This document shows positions 22,134 to 31,794 of a stretch of DNA of 64,000 bases, piece after piece (within the stretch, counting starts at the first letter, position 1; each line of letters starts with the position of its first letter). The DNA lies in contig JAJZNL010000012.1 in assembly GCA_021852345.1 (NCBI GenBank), forward strand, positions 286 through 64,285, read 5' to 3'. The notes under the pieces are model-generated. The model was not told the origin of the DNA. It was given only the letters and a program-made list of their open reading frames with translations, and did no database searches. The stretch comes from Actinomycetes bacterium. GTDB taxonomy: Bacteria; Actinomycetota; Acidimicrobiia; Acidimicrobiales; JABEUL01. Made by a program: the position numbers and the translations under genes.

Positions 22134-23030
22134 TTGTTGAATCATTTATTAATTCCAAATATAGGTAGAATCAGCACAGCCCAATATATTGAAATTTACA
22201 ACAAAAGAAAATTGAAAAAAATATTTGAAATGTCAACAAATTTGCAAAAAAAATTAGATTTTGAAGAGCGCGAAACCTTCGTTAAAGACGTTGTATCAAC
22301 AAGGTCAGAGGGTGGATTTACGCTGATAGAAATGCTTGTGTCTTCATTTATTATGGTCATCGTGTTGGTCTTGACTCTAATGGTGTTTGTTACTTATAAT
22401 CAATCGTTTAATGCCACATTGTCATTAACTAAGGCGCAACTTCAAGCAGAGGCGGGAATGAATTCATTAGCTTCAATGGTTCGATCAATATCGGATTGCC
22501 CTCCAGCAACTTCGAATCCAACTATAGCTCCCCCTTACCAATATCCTGCGCCGAGTCCAAATCCACCAAATAGTCTATTGATTATGACTCCGTTCTCTAA
22601 TCGAACCTTCAAGAATTCGACAACTGGCACTACTACTGATGTTGAACAGGTTGTTATTTCTTTAAACTCTTCCACGCACGCCCTAACCGCAACTGCAACA
22701 CCATGTTCTGGTTTTACGGCAACTGGGTCAACTCCGAGCACTAATGAAGTAATCAGTATTGATCACGTAATGAATCTTACGTATACATTTTACAATGCAA
22801 CAGATTCACAACCTGGAGATCCCGAATGGACTTCCGCTGTGACTCCATCGCCTTCAACCAAACCTGCTTTTACGAGTTCGTCGATAACTGTTGGAATAGG
22901 AATGTCGCTGGTTGTAGGTGATGCCGGCCACGATATTACATTGCAAAATACAGGTTATCTTATAAATCTATATTGCTCTAATGCTGCGCAGACTCAACCG
23001 CCCCCGGGTGCTGGTGGCTGCGTTATCTAA
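22134..23030 (+). CDS. Type IV minor pilin, PilW-like (true start may be ATG 22230)
   Basis: Class III signal EGG|FTLIEMLV with Glu+5 and a hydrophobic helix. Confidence 0.8.
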   Translation: MLNHLLIPNIGRISTAQYIEIYNKRKLKKIFEMSTNLQKKLDFEERETFVKDVVSTRSEGGFTLIEMLVSSFIMVIVLVLTLMVFVTYNQSFNATLSLTKAQLQAEAGMNSLASMVRSISDCPPATSNPTIAPPYQYPAPSPNPPNSLLIMTPFSNRTFKNSTTGTTTDVEQVVISLNSSTHALTATATPCSGFTATGSTPSTNEVISIDHVMNLTYTFYNATDSQPGDPEWTSAVTPSPSTKPAFTSSSITVGIGMSLVVGDAGHDITLQNTGYLINLYCSNAAQTQPPPGAGGCVI

Positions 23031-23187
23031 GACATGCGTTGACAAGACTGAAAGTTGGTAACTGGAAATGCTCAAAGAGCTAAAACTTAAAGTGAGAAAT
23101 TCTTATTATCGGCATAAATTTATTATTTTAAATTGCTGGATTTGGAATATTGAAATTGGCAACTAAAAGTTGTAGGGAAGATTATTA

Positions 23188-25539
23188 ATGAAAAAAATGT
23201 TGATTAAAAATTATAAGAAACTTGGCGAAAAAGTGCCCGTTGACTTAGTTCGCGATAACTCAGAAGATATCGACAATGATTACTCACGGTTTAAATTTGG
23301 CAATGTCAAAGAAGGCGGTCAAGCTTTAATAGCGGTAATAATGTTAATGCTGATTATCTTTATCATGGCTTTTGGTCTATTGACTTCAACGATAAATTTA
23401 AGCACTACTAATCAAGGCGATGTCTATCTGCACGGCTCTCAGAGTGCTTCGCAGGCAGGATTGGGATATTTTGCGCAACTGATGAACGAGTATAATTTTA
23501 TTAATTGCACTAATTCACCGTCAGCCTCGTCGTCTCTTCCAGTCTGCGTTCATAGCAACCAACAAATCACCGGTAATTTGGGATCGGGCAACGGTCCGTT
23601 CGAACATTTTGCCTCTCATCTGGAATTTCCAAATTGTATATATGTAAATTCCAGCGGACAAGATGTAGCATGTACTTCCACTGCCGACTGTGAAATGGCT
23701 GCAACCCAGAATAATACTACTTGTTCATATGATGTAGTTTCGGTAGGATGTATGGTTGCAAGTCAAGGCTCTAAAACGTGTATCAACGGTATAAAATCCA
23801 CCGCAACTCAGACATATGAGATTTCAGGCAATTCATTTTTAAATTATGCTTTTTATAATAACTACTCTGCTGACGATCCAGGTGATGCTGCTTCATACGG
23901 TACATATAACAGTACTAGCGGGACATATTCGGAATCAGCTGCACAGGAAAACTTTGCTAAGCAAAACTGTGCGTTCTATATGTGGGCGAAAAAAGGTATC
24001 AATGGCAATAAATCGTTGAATTCAACGGGTTACGGACCAAATTATGGTACTTATAATGGGCCCAACGGCAATACGAGGGCGTGCGCTTTTACCTATGAAG
24101 ACTACGGTAATGTTTTTACCGGATCGGTATATTCGACAGACATCATGTGGGATTGCGGAGCCACATATAACGGACAGGTTACAACGGGAGACCCAATTAA
24201 GGGTGGTTATACTTTAAACCAGAATATGAACTGGTTAGGATTTTACGGTAATAATGGCAATTTTAATTACGACAATCAGGTAGGATCTCCGTTTAATATA
24301 GGTTCGCCGTACTACGACACATATCCGGTAGGTTGTAACAATACTAGCCCTACCTACAACATTAACGGTAATCCATGTACCTCAAACTGCGTTAAGCAAG
24401 TTGCTGCCCTTTCTCCGCCTCCTGCTCTAACTCAGCTTCAGTCGGAAGCAGAGGTGGGCGGTTGTGAGTTTTTTGGACCTACAGTAGTTGACCTAATGCC
24501 TGGAGGTAAGATGGCGGTATATTCGCCCGACACAACTATGGCATTGGCTGACAGCGCCGTTGGCCTCGGTTTTGGTGTCTATGGACATTCTTATGTTTCT
24601 GGAGGAAATACGGTTTGGCCTTGCGGGACACCTGCAGATGCAACTACAGGTGTATCACTTGGAGGTCAGTGTAATACCGTAAACGGTACAGGAGGTCTTG
24701 GTGCTCCTCTACCGGCAAGCGGAATTCCGCAGTGCATAATCAATGTACCTGATCCTAAAACAAATAACGGAAACGGTGTTACGGCAACTGGCGGTGTATA
24801 TGTTGCAAATGTTCCGAGTACTCCTTATTCAACATATTGTCCGTTGGTAGAGGGTGAAATAAACTCACCAGGAGAATCGTCGGTTGGTTGCCAGTACACT
24901 ATGCAGCAGGTGCAAAAATGCGGTTATTACGGATGTCATTATGTGACTAAGAAAGTTCCGAATGGGGAGCAACAGGGAGATCTTTTAATTCAAAGCGGTA
25001 ATGGCCAAAGCAATTCGAGCAATACTGGGTTTGATGCATTTGCCACATTTGGTTCGGCTTCTAATATAATTATTACGGGTTCGCTTATCTATGCCAATTC
25101 GGCCCAGCAGGCTTTAGGCAATAATAATTTCGCTTATTGGGATTCTTCAAACCCTGCACTTTCAGATTCGCTAGGACTGGCCGCAACAAAATTTGTCGAA
25201 GTTAATCTTGGAGTAGACCAAGGCTATTTTGGTTATAACACCGGTAACGGAGCCGGCGGTGCCCATCAGAATTATATTCTGGACGCGGCAATATTGTGCG
25301 CTCAGCACTCTTTCGGTGTGGCTAATCTATCAAGTACGGGTGGTAACGGTCCCCTAGAGGGCAATATAGTTGTTAACGGGTCGATTGCCACAAACTTTAC
25401 CCTGAACAACTGTCTAGTTGGTACGTCTGGATACTGTAATTACCAAACTACTTATGATCAAAGTTTTGCGAATGTAAATAATCAGCCCCCGCAATTTCCG
25501 ACTCCAGTAATAATTCCGACTCAATATTTAGAAGGGTAA
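23188..25539 (+). CDS. Large PilX-like minor pilin with Cys/Gly/Asn-rich extracellular domain
   Basis: EGG|QALIAVIMLML without Glu+5 (typical of PilX/GspK), SASQAGL, C-terminal YDQSF..PPQFP; about 25 Cys. Confidence 0.72.
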   Translation: MKKMLIKNYKKLGEKVPVDLVRDNSEDIDNDYSRFKFGNVKEGGQALIAVIMLMLIIFIMAFGLLTSTINLSTTNQGDVYLHGSQSASQAGLGYFAQLMNEYNFINCTNSPSASSSLPVCVHSNQQITGNLGSGNGPFEHFASHLEFPNCIYVNSSGQDVACTSTADCEMAATQNNTTCSYDVVSVGCMVASQGSKTCINGIKSTATQTYEISGNSFLNYAFYNNYSADDPGDAASYGTYNSTSGTYSESAAQENFAKQNCAFYMWAKKGINGNKSLNSTGYGPNYGTYNGPNGNTRACAFTYEDYGNVFTGSVYSTDIMWDCGATYNGQVTTGDPIKGGYTLNQNMNWLGFYGNNGNFNYDNQVGSPFNIGSPYYDTYPVGCNNTSPTYNINGNPCTSNCVKQVAALSPPPALTQLQSEAEVGGCEFFGPTVVDLMPGGKMAVYSPDTTMALADSAVGLGFGVYGHSYVSGGNTVWPCGTPADATTGVSLGGQCNTVNGTGGLGAPLPASGIPQCIINVPDPKTNNGNGVTATGGVYVANVPSTPYSTYCPLVEGEINSPGESSVGCQYTMQQVQKCGYYGCHYVTKKVPNGEQQGDLLIQSGNGQSNSSNTGFDAFATFGSASNIIITGSLIYANSAQQALGNNNFAYWDSSNPALSDSLGLAATKFVEVNLGVDQGYFGYNTGNGAGGAHQNYILDAAILCAQHSFGVANLSSTGGNGPLEGNIVVNGSIATNFTLNNCLVGTSGYCNYQTTYDQSFANVNNQPPQFPTPVIIPTQYLEG

Positions 25540-25549
25540 TTAGTTAGAT

Positions 25550-26173
25550 ATGAAAAAAGTTGTTTTAATTTTAGGAGTCATCTTCATAGTGACAACCGTA
25601 ACTTTGGGGTTTGCGGGGCGGTCGTACGGACTGACTGGCAATACTCAACCATCGGGATCAACTCCTTCCAGTTCGCCCCAGTCAGGGAACAGTGGTAATA
25701 GTGGTAGCAGTGGTAACAGTGGATCAGGGACGACTACTGTTTCATTTAATACCTCTCAGACAACTGCTCCCGTCGGAACCGTTGTTGAACCGAAGGTGCT
25801 TAATCCAAACAATCAATATACGGGGTCCAATTCGGGTGATTCAGGAAATATAAACAATGGTAATATTACCAACAGTACTGTTAAAGGTTCCGGAGGATCT
25901 ACGGGTTCAACTTCTGTTAAAGGGTCAAGCAATTCGTCGTCAACTGGGCCATCAGGTTCCAATGGCTCGACAAGCCCTGTGACAGGGTCTAATGGGCCCG
26001 TCGTAGCTAGTGGGAAATCTCCTTCGTCCAAACTTTCGAGCCCCAGTGGTTCGTCGTCGAGCTGGATTGTATTTATTGTGGTTATAGCGGTGTTGGCGGG
26101 TATTATGTACGCGGCGTACAGGCTCAACTGGGGAAATATCAGACAGCTACTAGGTAACCTCCACAAGAAATAG
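25550..26173 (+). CDS. Ser/Gly/Thr/Asn-rich exported, C-terminally membrane-anchored protein
   Basis: Signal peptide MKKVVLILGVIF..., low-complexity body, C-terminal TM helix and basic tail. Confidence 0.7.
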   Translation: MKKVVLILGVIFIVTTVTLGFAGRSYGLTGNTQPSGSTPSSSPQSGNSGNSGSSGNSGSGTTTVSFNTSQTTAPVGTVVEPKVLNPNNQYTGSNSGDSGNINNGNITNSTVKGSGGSTGSTSVKGSSNSSSTGPSGSNGSTSPVTGSNGPVVASGKSPSSKLSSPSGSSSSWIVFIVVIAVLAGIMYAAYRLNWGNIRQLLGNLHKK

Positions 26174-26195
26174 TAGAAGCTGATTTTTATTTCGT

Positions 26196-27044
26196 TTGAG
26201 CGATAGGATTCTCAGGTTGCTGGAACCGTTGGTAATTTATCGGCGGCCTAATTTGATTAGACTTAAATTAATGGATCAAAAGCTAGATGAGATTTTATTT
26301 CGATGGTCTCAAGCAATATCTGCGTTGTGTAAGACCGGATTGGCCTTTACGTCGGGGACTTATGAAGCCGATAGGTATGAAGAGATACTTAAAATTGCTG
26401 TTGAGATAGAGTTAGTCGCCCGTTCAATATCATCATCTGAATACAGAGCTGAAAATAGGGATTTGCCAACTGGTAATTTATCGGATTTAAATCAAAACAA
26501 TTTAGGGTACGACAACCTTAATAACGAGGGTGCGGCATTATTGTTGCACCTCTTGGCTGAAGTGGAACAGGGCGTACCAGGATATGTTACCCCTAAAGTT
26601 GCCGTCGGAGCCGTAGTAAGCAATGACAAAAATCAAATCCTACTCATTCAACGCAGCGACAGCGGCGTTTGGCTATATCCGACGGGGTGGACCGAAGTTG
26701 GGTATTCGCCTGCAGAAGTGGTCGCTAAAGAAGTCTTTGAGGAAACAGGAATAATTGCAGACCCTCTTCGCCCCGTTGCAATTCTGGATGGGATGCGCAT
26801 GGGCTTTAATAGGGTGCCACTGTACTCCCTTGTTTTTTATTGCAGAGCTACGGGCGGAACTTTGAACAAACATCCGTTGGAATGTTTGGATGTCGGATGG
26901 TTTGACAGGAACAATCTTCCAAGCCCGTTAGCTGGAGATGGCAAATGGGTGGATTTTGCATTTAAAGCGATTGACGGAAGCCACGACGGGGTTTATTTTG
27001 ATCCAGTGCGTGATCAAGTTTGGAAGTCCGGTGAAATTAAATAA
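26196..27044 (+). CDS. NUDIX hydrolase with NUDIX_N domain (true start may be ATG 26271)
   Basis: GYVTPKVAVGA, W.YPTGW.EVG.SPAE...KEV.EETG Nudix box. Confidence 0.88.
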   Translation: MSDRILRLLEPLVIYRRPNLIRLKLMDQKLDEILFRWSQAISALCKTGLAFTSGTYEADRYEEILKIAVEIELVARSISSSEYRAENRDLPTGNLSDLNQNNLGYDNLNNEGAALLLHLLAEVEQGVPGYVTPKVAVGAVVSNDKNQILLIQRSDSGVWLYPTGWTEVGYSPAEVVAKEVFEETGIIADPLRPVAILDGMRMGFNRVPLYSLVFYCRATGGTLNKHPLECLDVGWFDRNNLPSPLAGDGKWVDFAFKAIDGSHDGVYFDPVRDQVWKSGEIK

Positions 27045-27116
27045 AAATATGACAGAAACGATTCAATGTAATTTGATTAGTCGCAGTTTGTAAGAGATAA
27101 TAACAGTGGGAAATCA

Positions 27117-27551
27117 ATGGAATTTATAGTTAAAGAAGTTACCGAACCTAGGGTAGGAATAGTTGCAAGTTTAAATGCACTCCTACCTCAGCTTTCTGAG
27201 AATTCAAACAGGTTGGATCTAAATAAATTAACCGAGATTACGGAAAGTACATGCAGTCACTTACTGACGGCAATAGTAGAAGAGTCTATCGTTGGCATGC
27301 TAACCGTCACCGTAGTTAAAATCCCAACAGGGACTAAGGCTATGATCGAAGACGTGGTAGTAGATAAAAATTTTCGTAAATTTGGAATTGCAAAGCAATT
27401 GGTTGCTGTAGGAGTTAATCTCGCCAGACAATATAATGCAAAAGACGTAGAACTTACATCCCGTCCCAGTCGTCAGGCGGCTAATAAATTATATACTTCT
27501 ATGGGATTTGTACAGCGTGAAACTAATGTTTATAGGCTAAAGGTTAATTGA
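27117..27551 (+). CDS. GNAT family N-acetyltransferase
   Basis: IEDVVVD..FRKFGIA, LTSRPSR.AAN.LY..MGF. Confidence 0.9.
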   Translation: MEFIVKEVTEPRVGIVASLNALLPQLSENSNRLDLNKLTEITESTCSHLLTAIVEESIVGMLTVTVVKIPTGTKAMIEDVVVDKNFRKFGIAKQLVAVGVNLARQYNAKDVELTSRPSRQAANKLYTSMGFVQRETNVYRLKVN

Positions 27552-27680
27552 TGGTCATCTCTACGCAATCTCATGAATTTAAAATATGGATTTTATAGGC
27601 TACGAATGTGAACCGATGATCTGACAAAATTAATTAAGATTAAATATCGTTGGTATATAACTAAAGAGAAAGAAGAAATT

Positions 27681-28952
27681 ATGACAGACAGCATTACGAT
27701 TGTCGATAACAGGACTGGAGAGTCTAAGGAGATTCCAATAGAAAACGGTGGGGTCGCAGCTTCGGAATGGCAGAAGTTGTTACCAGGCATATGGTTTTTT
27801 GATCCGGGTTTCACTTCGACCGCAGAATGCGCATCATCTATAACCTATTTAGATGGGGATCAGGGAATTTTGAGATATCGAGGCTATCCTATCGAGCAGT
27901 TAGCTGAAAAGTCAAACTATTTGGAAGTCTCATATCTTTTGATTAATGGAGAACTTCCGACCCCGGCTCAGTATGACGCCTGGGAACACGAAATTACTCA
28001 TCATACATTTATCCATGAAAATATGCGTAAAAGGTTTTTGGAAGGATTTCACTATGACGCCCATCCAATGGGGATATTGGTGTCTGCGGTGGCGGCACTT
28101 TCAACATTTTACTTGGATGCAAAAGATATATTTAATGAAGAAGCCAGATCTAAGCAGGTAATTCGATTAATCGCTAAAATGCCAACCCTTGCGGCGGCGG
28201 CACATCGTTTTAGTGTGGGCATGCCATTTGTATATCCCGATAACAATCTTAAATTTTCGGCCAACTTTTTATCGATGATGTGGAAGACCGGTGAGTTTAG
28301 ATTTGAAGCTGATCCCGTATTGACTAAAGCAATTGACTTGCTATTTATTTTGCATGCAGATCATGAGCAAAACTGTTCGACGACAGCGATGAGGGTGGTC
28401 GGCTCATCTCACGCTGACCCCTATTCAGCTTGTGCAGCAGCTAGTGCCGCCCTCTATGGACCAAGGCACGGCGGAGCAAATGAGGCAGTTATCAAAATGC
28501 TAACCTCAATCGGCTCGATTGAAAATGTAGATGCATTTGTAAAAGAAGTAAAAGAGGGTCACGGCAGGCTTCAGGGATTCGGACACAGGGTTTACAAGAA
28601 CTATGACCCCAGAGCAAAAATAATTAAAAAAGTTGCCGACGAAGTATTTAAGGTAACTGGCAAAAACCCCCTTTTGGATGTTGCGTTAAAGCTTGAAGAA
28701 GTGGCCTTAAGTGATGATTACTTCATATCTAGAAAATTATATCCAAACGTTGACTTTTATTCCGGGCTGATCTATCAGGCAATGGGATTTCCACTTGAGA
28801 TGTTTCCAGTTCTGTTCGCCATACCGAGAACTTCGGGTTGGCTTGCCCATTGGCTTGAAATGTTAAGTCAGGATGCAAAAATTGCCAGACCTAGGCAGTT
28901 GTACGTAGGTACCGATCCAAGAGATTATATTTCGATAGATCAAAGAAATTAG
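27681..28952 (+). CDS. gltA: Citrate synthase
   Basis: LRYRGYPIEQLA, LHADHEQNCST, HGGANEAV, GFGHRVYK, YPNVDFYSG. Confidence 0.97.
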   Translation: MTDSITIVDNRTGESKEIPIENGGVAASEWQKLLPGIWFFDPGFTSTAECASSITYLDGDQGILRYRGYPIEQLAEKSNYLEVSYLLINGELPTPAQYDAWEHEITHHTFIHENMRKRFLEGFHYDAHPMGILVSAVAALSTFYLDAKDIFNEEARSKQVIRLIAKMPTLAAAAHRFSVGMPFVYPDNNLKFSANFLSMMWKTGEFRFEADPVLTKAIDLLFILHADHEQNCSTTAMRVVGSSHADPYSACAAASAALYGPRHGGANEAVIKMLTSIGSIENVDAFVKEVKEGHGRLQGFGHRVYKNYDPRAKIIKKVADEVFKVTGKNPLLDVALKLEEVALSDDYFISRKLYPNVDFYSGLIYQAMGFPLEMFPVLFAIPRTSGWLAHWLEMLSQDAKIARPRQLYVGTDPRDYISIDQRN

Positions 28953-29026
28953 AACACATTAGCTGCTTTGATTTAGTTAACCGTAAAACTTTTAGGCTAA
29001 ATCAAGACAATCCAAATTAAAATAAG

Positions 29027-29908
29027 TCAGTGTTCCCCCGGTGATATCGCTGGGGGAGCTTCTTTTTTGATTCGGACTAGTCCCTCTTGGGCTACGGAGC
29101 ATACTATGTTTTTATTTTTGGTGAAGATGGAACCCATCGCAAGACCTCTTGCTCCAAAAGCCGCCGGAGATCGTTGATCAAATAAAAGCCACTCGTCAAC
29201 CCGGAATCTTTTGTGAAACCACATGCAATGATCGATACTCGCACCCATAAATCTGGGGTCGTCCCATCTTATTCTATGAGGTAATAATATCGAATCAAAA
29301 AGTGTCATGTCAGAAGCATAGGCTAAAACACAGGAATGAAGCAACTGGTCATCTGGAAGTTGCCCGTCGGCACGTAGCCAAAGCTGTTGGCGTGGTTCGC
29401 GAGGGCCACCTTCTTTATTCCAGGGAAGTTCCCCTATGAAGCGTTGGTCTATTGGCAAGGGTCTTTTTAGGAAGTCGCCAAGTTGATCCGCCCATGGCTC
29501 CAGGCGTTCACGTAATGTTGGTAAGGTTTCTGGATCGGGTACTTCGGGCATATCTATTTCGTGTTCTAAGCCCGACTCTTGTACATGAAATGAGGTAGAC
29601 ATATTAAAGATGGCTCTACCATTTTGAATCGCCACGACTCGCCTCGTAGTAAAAGATTTACCGTCGCGAATCCTGTCCACTTCATAGAGTATGGGGATGC
29701 TTGGATTGCCAGGTCTTAAGAAATAGGCATGCAAAGAATGTACGAGCCCGTCAGTTACCGTTCTACCTGCAGCCATTAACGCTTGTGCGCATACCTGCCC
29801 CCCAAAAACCCTTTGGCGTTCGATAGGCGGTGAAAATCCTCTAAATATATTTTCTTCAATAACTTCCAGATCTAATATTTTTAATAGTGATTCGAGTGCT
29901 TCTGTCAT
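29027..29908 (-). CDS. tesB: Acyl-CoA thioesterase II
   Basis: VFGGQV, HSLHAYFLRPG, RDGKSFTTRRV, AYASD, ASIDH. Confidence 0.93.
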   Translation of the reverse strand: MTEALESLLKILDLEVIEENIFRGFSPPIERQRVFGGQVCAQALMAAGRTVTDGLVHSLHAYFLRPGNPSIPILYEVDRIRDGKSFTTRRVVAIQNGRAIFNMSTSFHVQESGLEHEIDMPEVPDPETLPTLRERLEPWADQLGDFLKRPLPIDQRFIGELPWNKEGGPREPRQQLWLRADGQLPDDQLLHSCVLAYASDMTLFDSILLPHRIRWDDPRFMGASIDHCMWFHKRFRVDEWLLFDQRSPAAFGARGLAMGSIFTKNKNIVCSVAQEGLVRIKKEAPPAISPGEH

Positions 29909-30147
29909 ATCAATCGAGCCTAGTATAAGATTAAGGTAGTTCTTTCAAAACGAATAAAACGATCATTAAAAGTAATATCCAATCGACTACAAAGTTGGTG
30001 GCAATTACTCTTAAAAAATTGCTTATTAAAAGATACTGTTATAAAATTTATATGATCCGCGTGTTATAAGAATCAATTTACACTTAAAATTTTGAATCAA
30101 ACCGCAATTTGTGCAAAACTAAGTAAGATCTATTTTAAGAGGTAGTA

Positions 30148-30858
30148 ATGAGTGATCCAGTAGTTAAAATATCCGAAGGTATTTACAGATTGCCCACGGT
30201 GTTGTCACATGCGGTAAATTCGTTCGTTCTAATAGACGACGACGGCAAAGTTGTTTTAATTGATGCAGGATTAAAAGGTTCCACCAAAAAGATTCTCGCA
30301 GCCCTGGACTTTATCGGTAAACGGCCTGAAGATGTGAAATCGATATTGTTGTCTCATGCGCACGTAGATCATCTGGGTGGCGTAAACCGACTCAATTCTA
30401 AAAGTCATTCTCACGTCTGCATACATGAGGCTGATGAAAAAAGTGCAATTTCAGGGATAGCACCTAAGGCGCAAAGTCCGTTGGCCAGGGCGTTTTCTCT
30501 GTTTGATAGAAATATGGAAAAGGTAGCTATCGATTCTACGTTTAAAGACGAAGAAATTTTAAATTATAGGGATGGGCTTTTGGTAGTTCATACTCCCGGA
30601 CATACTCCAGGTCACGTATCATTTTATGATAAAAAAACAGGAACCTTAATAACCGGTGATGCGTTATTTAATATGAGAGATAAGATTAGTTTTTCGTTGA
30701 AGTATTTCTGTACTGATTTTAAGCTTTCGAAAATTTCGGCGCAGAGATTAGGTGATTTGGAAGTCGAGAATATTGGTTTTATGCATGGGCGTGAGATTCT
30801 AAATGACGCTCAGACGACCCTGCGTGAATTTTTGAAGAGAAAAACCGAGATAGACTGA
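30148..30858 (+). CDS. MBL-fold metallo-hydrolase
   Basis: SHAHVDHLGG, HTPGHTPGH, TGDAL. Confidence 0.9.
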   Translation: MSDPVVKISEGIYRLPTVLSHAVNSFVLIDDDGKVVLIDAGLKGSTKKILAALDFIGKRPEDVKSILLSHAHVDHLGGVNRLNSKSHSHVCIHEADEKSAISGIAPKAQSPLARAFSLFDRNMEKVAIDSTFKDEEILNYRDGLLVVHTPGHTPGHVSFYDKKTGTLITGDALFNMRDKISFSLKYFCTDFKLSKISAQRLGDLEVENIGFMHGREILNDAQTTLREFLKRKTEID

Positions 30859-31096
30859 AAGTCAATTCAAGCGCGAGATCTTTTAAAATCAAAGATATCT
30901 ATATCGGTCGGAATTTGTTACCTTTGACTTTATCTGTCTTTATCTGTTTTGACAACTGAAATGAGCATTATTTTAAGGGAATATTCAGATATTGGTTTGT
31001 TTTATTAATCGTTCGGACATGCAAGCCCTTAGTTTTTTTAGTAAAATTTATTAAAGAAATATATTGTCAGTTCGAACAGAGGTTACAGTTTAGACA

Positions 31097-31591
31097 ATGG
31101 TTAGTCGTATAATTCAATATTTAAAATCTAAACAAGGCGCAACATTGATGAAGTATGCGGCTTCGTCGGTAATTACTACTGTACTTACTTGGGTAATTAT
31201 TATCATTACCTTCGACATTATGAAGATTCTCTCCGCTGGAGCAAGCTCTTTTGTGGCATCTGCCTGCATGATTCCACCTTCATATTATTTAAACAGAAAA
31301 TGGGCTTGGGGTAAAAGCGGAAAATCTCATCTCTGGAAAGAGATTGTACCTTTTTGGGTTATAGCATTGACTGGGTTGGCGCTGGCAACCGTCAGCGGTG
31401 AGTACGCAGCAGTCTTGGCGCATCATATAACAAAATCCAGGAATGTTGCCACTCTTTTTGTGGGAGCCGCAAACTTTATGAGCTACGGAATTTTGTGGTC
31501 TATTAGGTTTGTTATTCTAAATAAGCTCCTTTTTAGTACTCACCACCACAATCATGGCAATCATGAATTGGTCGAAGAGCACTTGGTTTAA
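31097..31591 (+). CDS. GtrA-family membrane protein
   Basis: KYAASS, PSYYLNRKWAW, RFVILNKLLF; about 4 TM helices; His-rich tail. Confidence 0.78.
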   Translation: MVSRIIQYLKSKQGATLMKYAASSVITTVLTWVIIIITFDIMKILSAGASSFVASACMIPPSYYLNRKWAWGKSGKSHLWKEIVPFWVIALTGLALATVSGEYAAVLAHHITKSRNVATLFVGAANFMSYGILWSIRFVILNKLLFSTHHHNHGNHELVEEHLV

Positions 31592-31649
31592 AGAAGCGAA
31601 CTGAGTTTAAAGAAGCGAACTGGGTTTAAAGAAGCGAACTGGGTTTAAA
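31581..31649. repeat. Tandem repeat, 19-bp unit actNNgtttaaagaagcga x about 3.6, overlapping the gtrA stop codon
   Basis: Units start at 31581, 31600, 31619 and 31638 (partial); no spacers. Confidence 0.9.
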
Positions 31650-31694
31650 ACAGAATAAAAACTTTAGCTTAGCGTCGGCTAAGACAATAACGGA

Positions 31695-31724
31695 TCTGTT
31701 GTTAATAATTCTGTTGTTAATAAT
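31695..31724. repeat. Tandem duplication tctgttgttaataat x2
   Basis: Exact 15-bp copies. Confidence 0.8.
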
Positions 31725-31794
31725 AATGGGTTTGGCTGTCGTTTAGTGTGTTACTAATTGGACCCGAAGATAAGGGGCAATCAATTATGTTAAT

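Noticed and set aside
31581-31649. 19-bp repeats as a mini CRISPR array
   Set aside because: Units are directly adjacent with no unique spacers, are too short, and no cas genes are present
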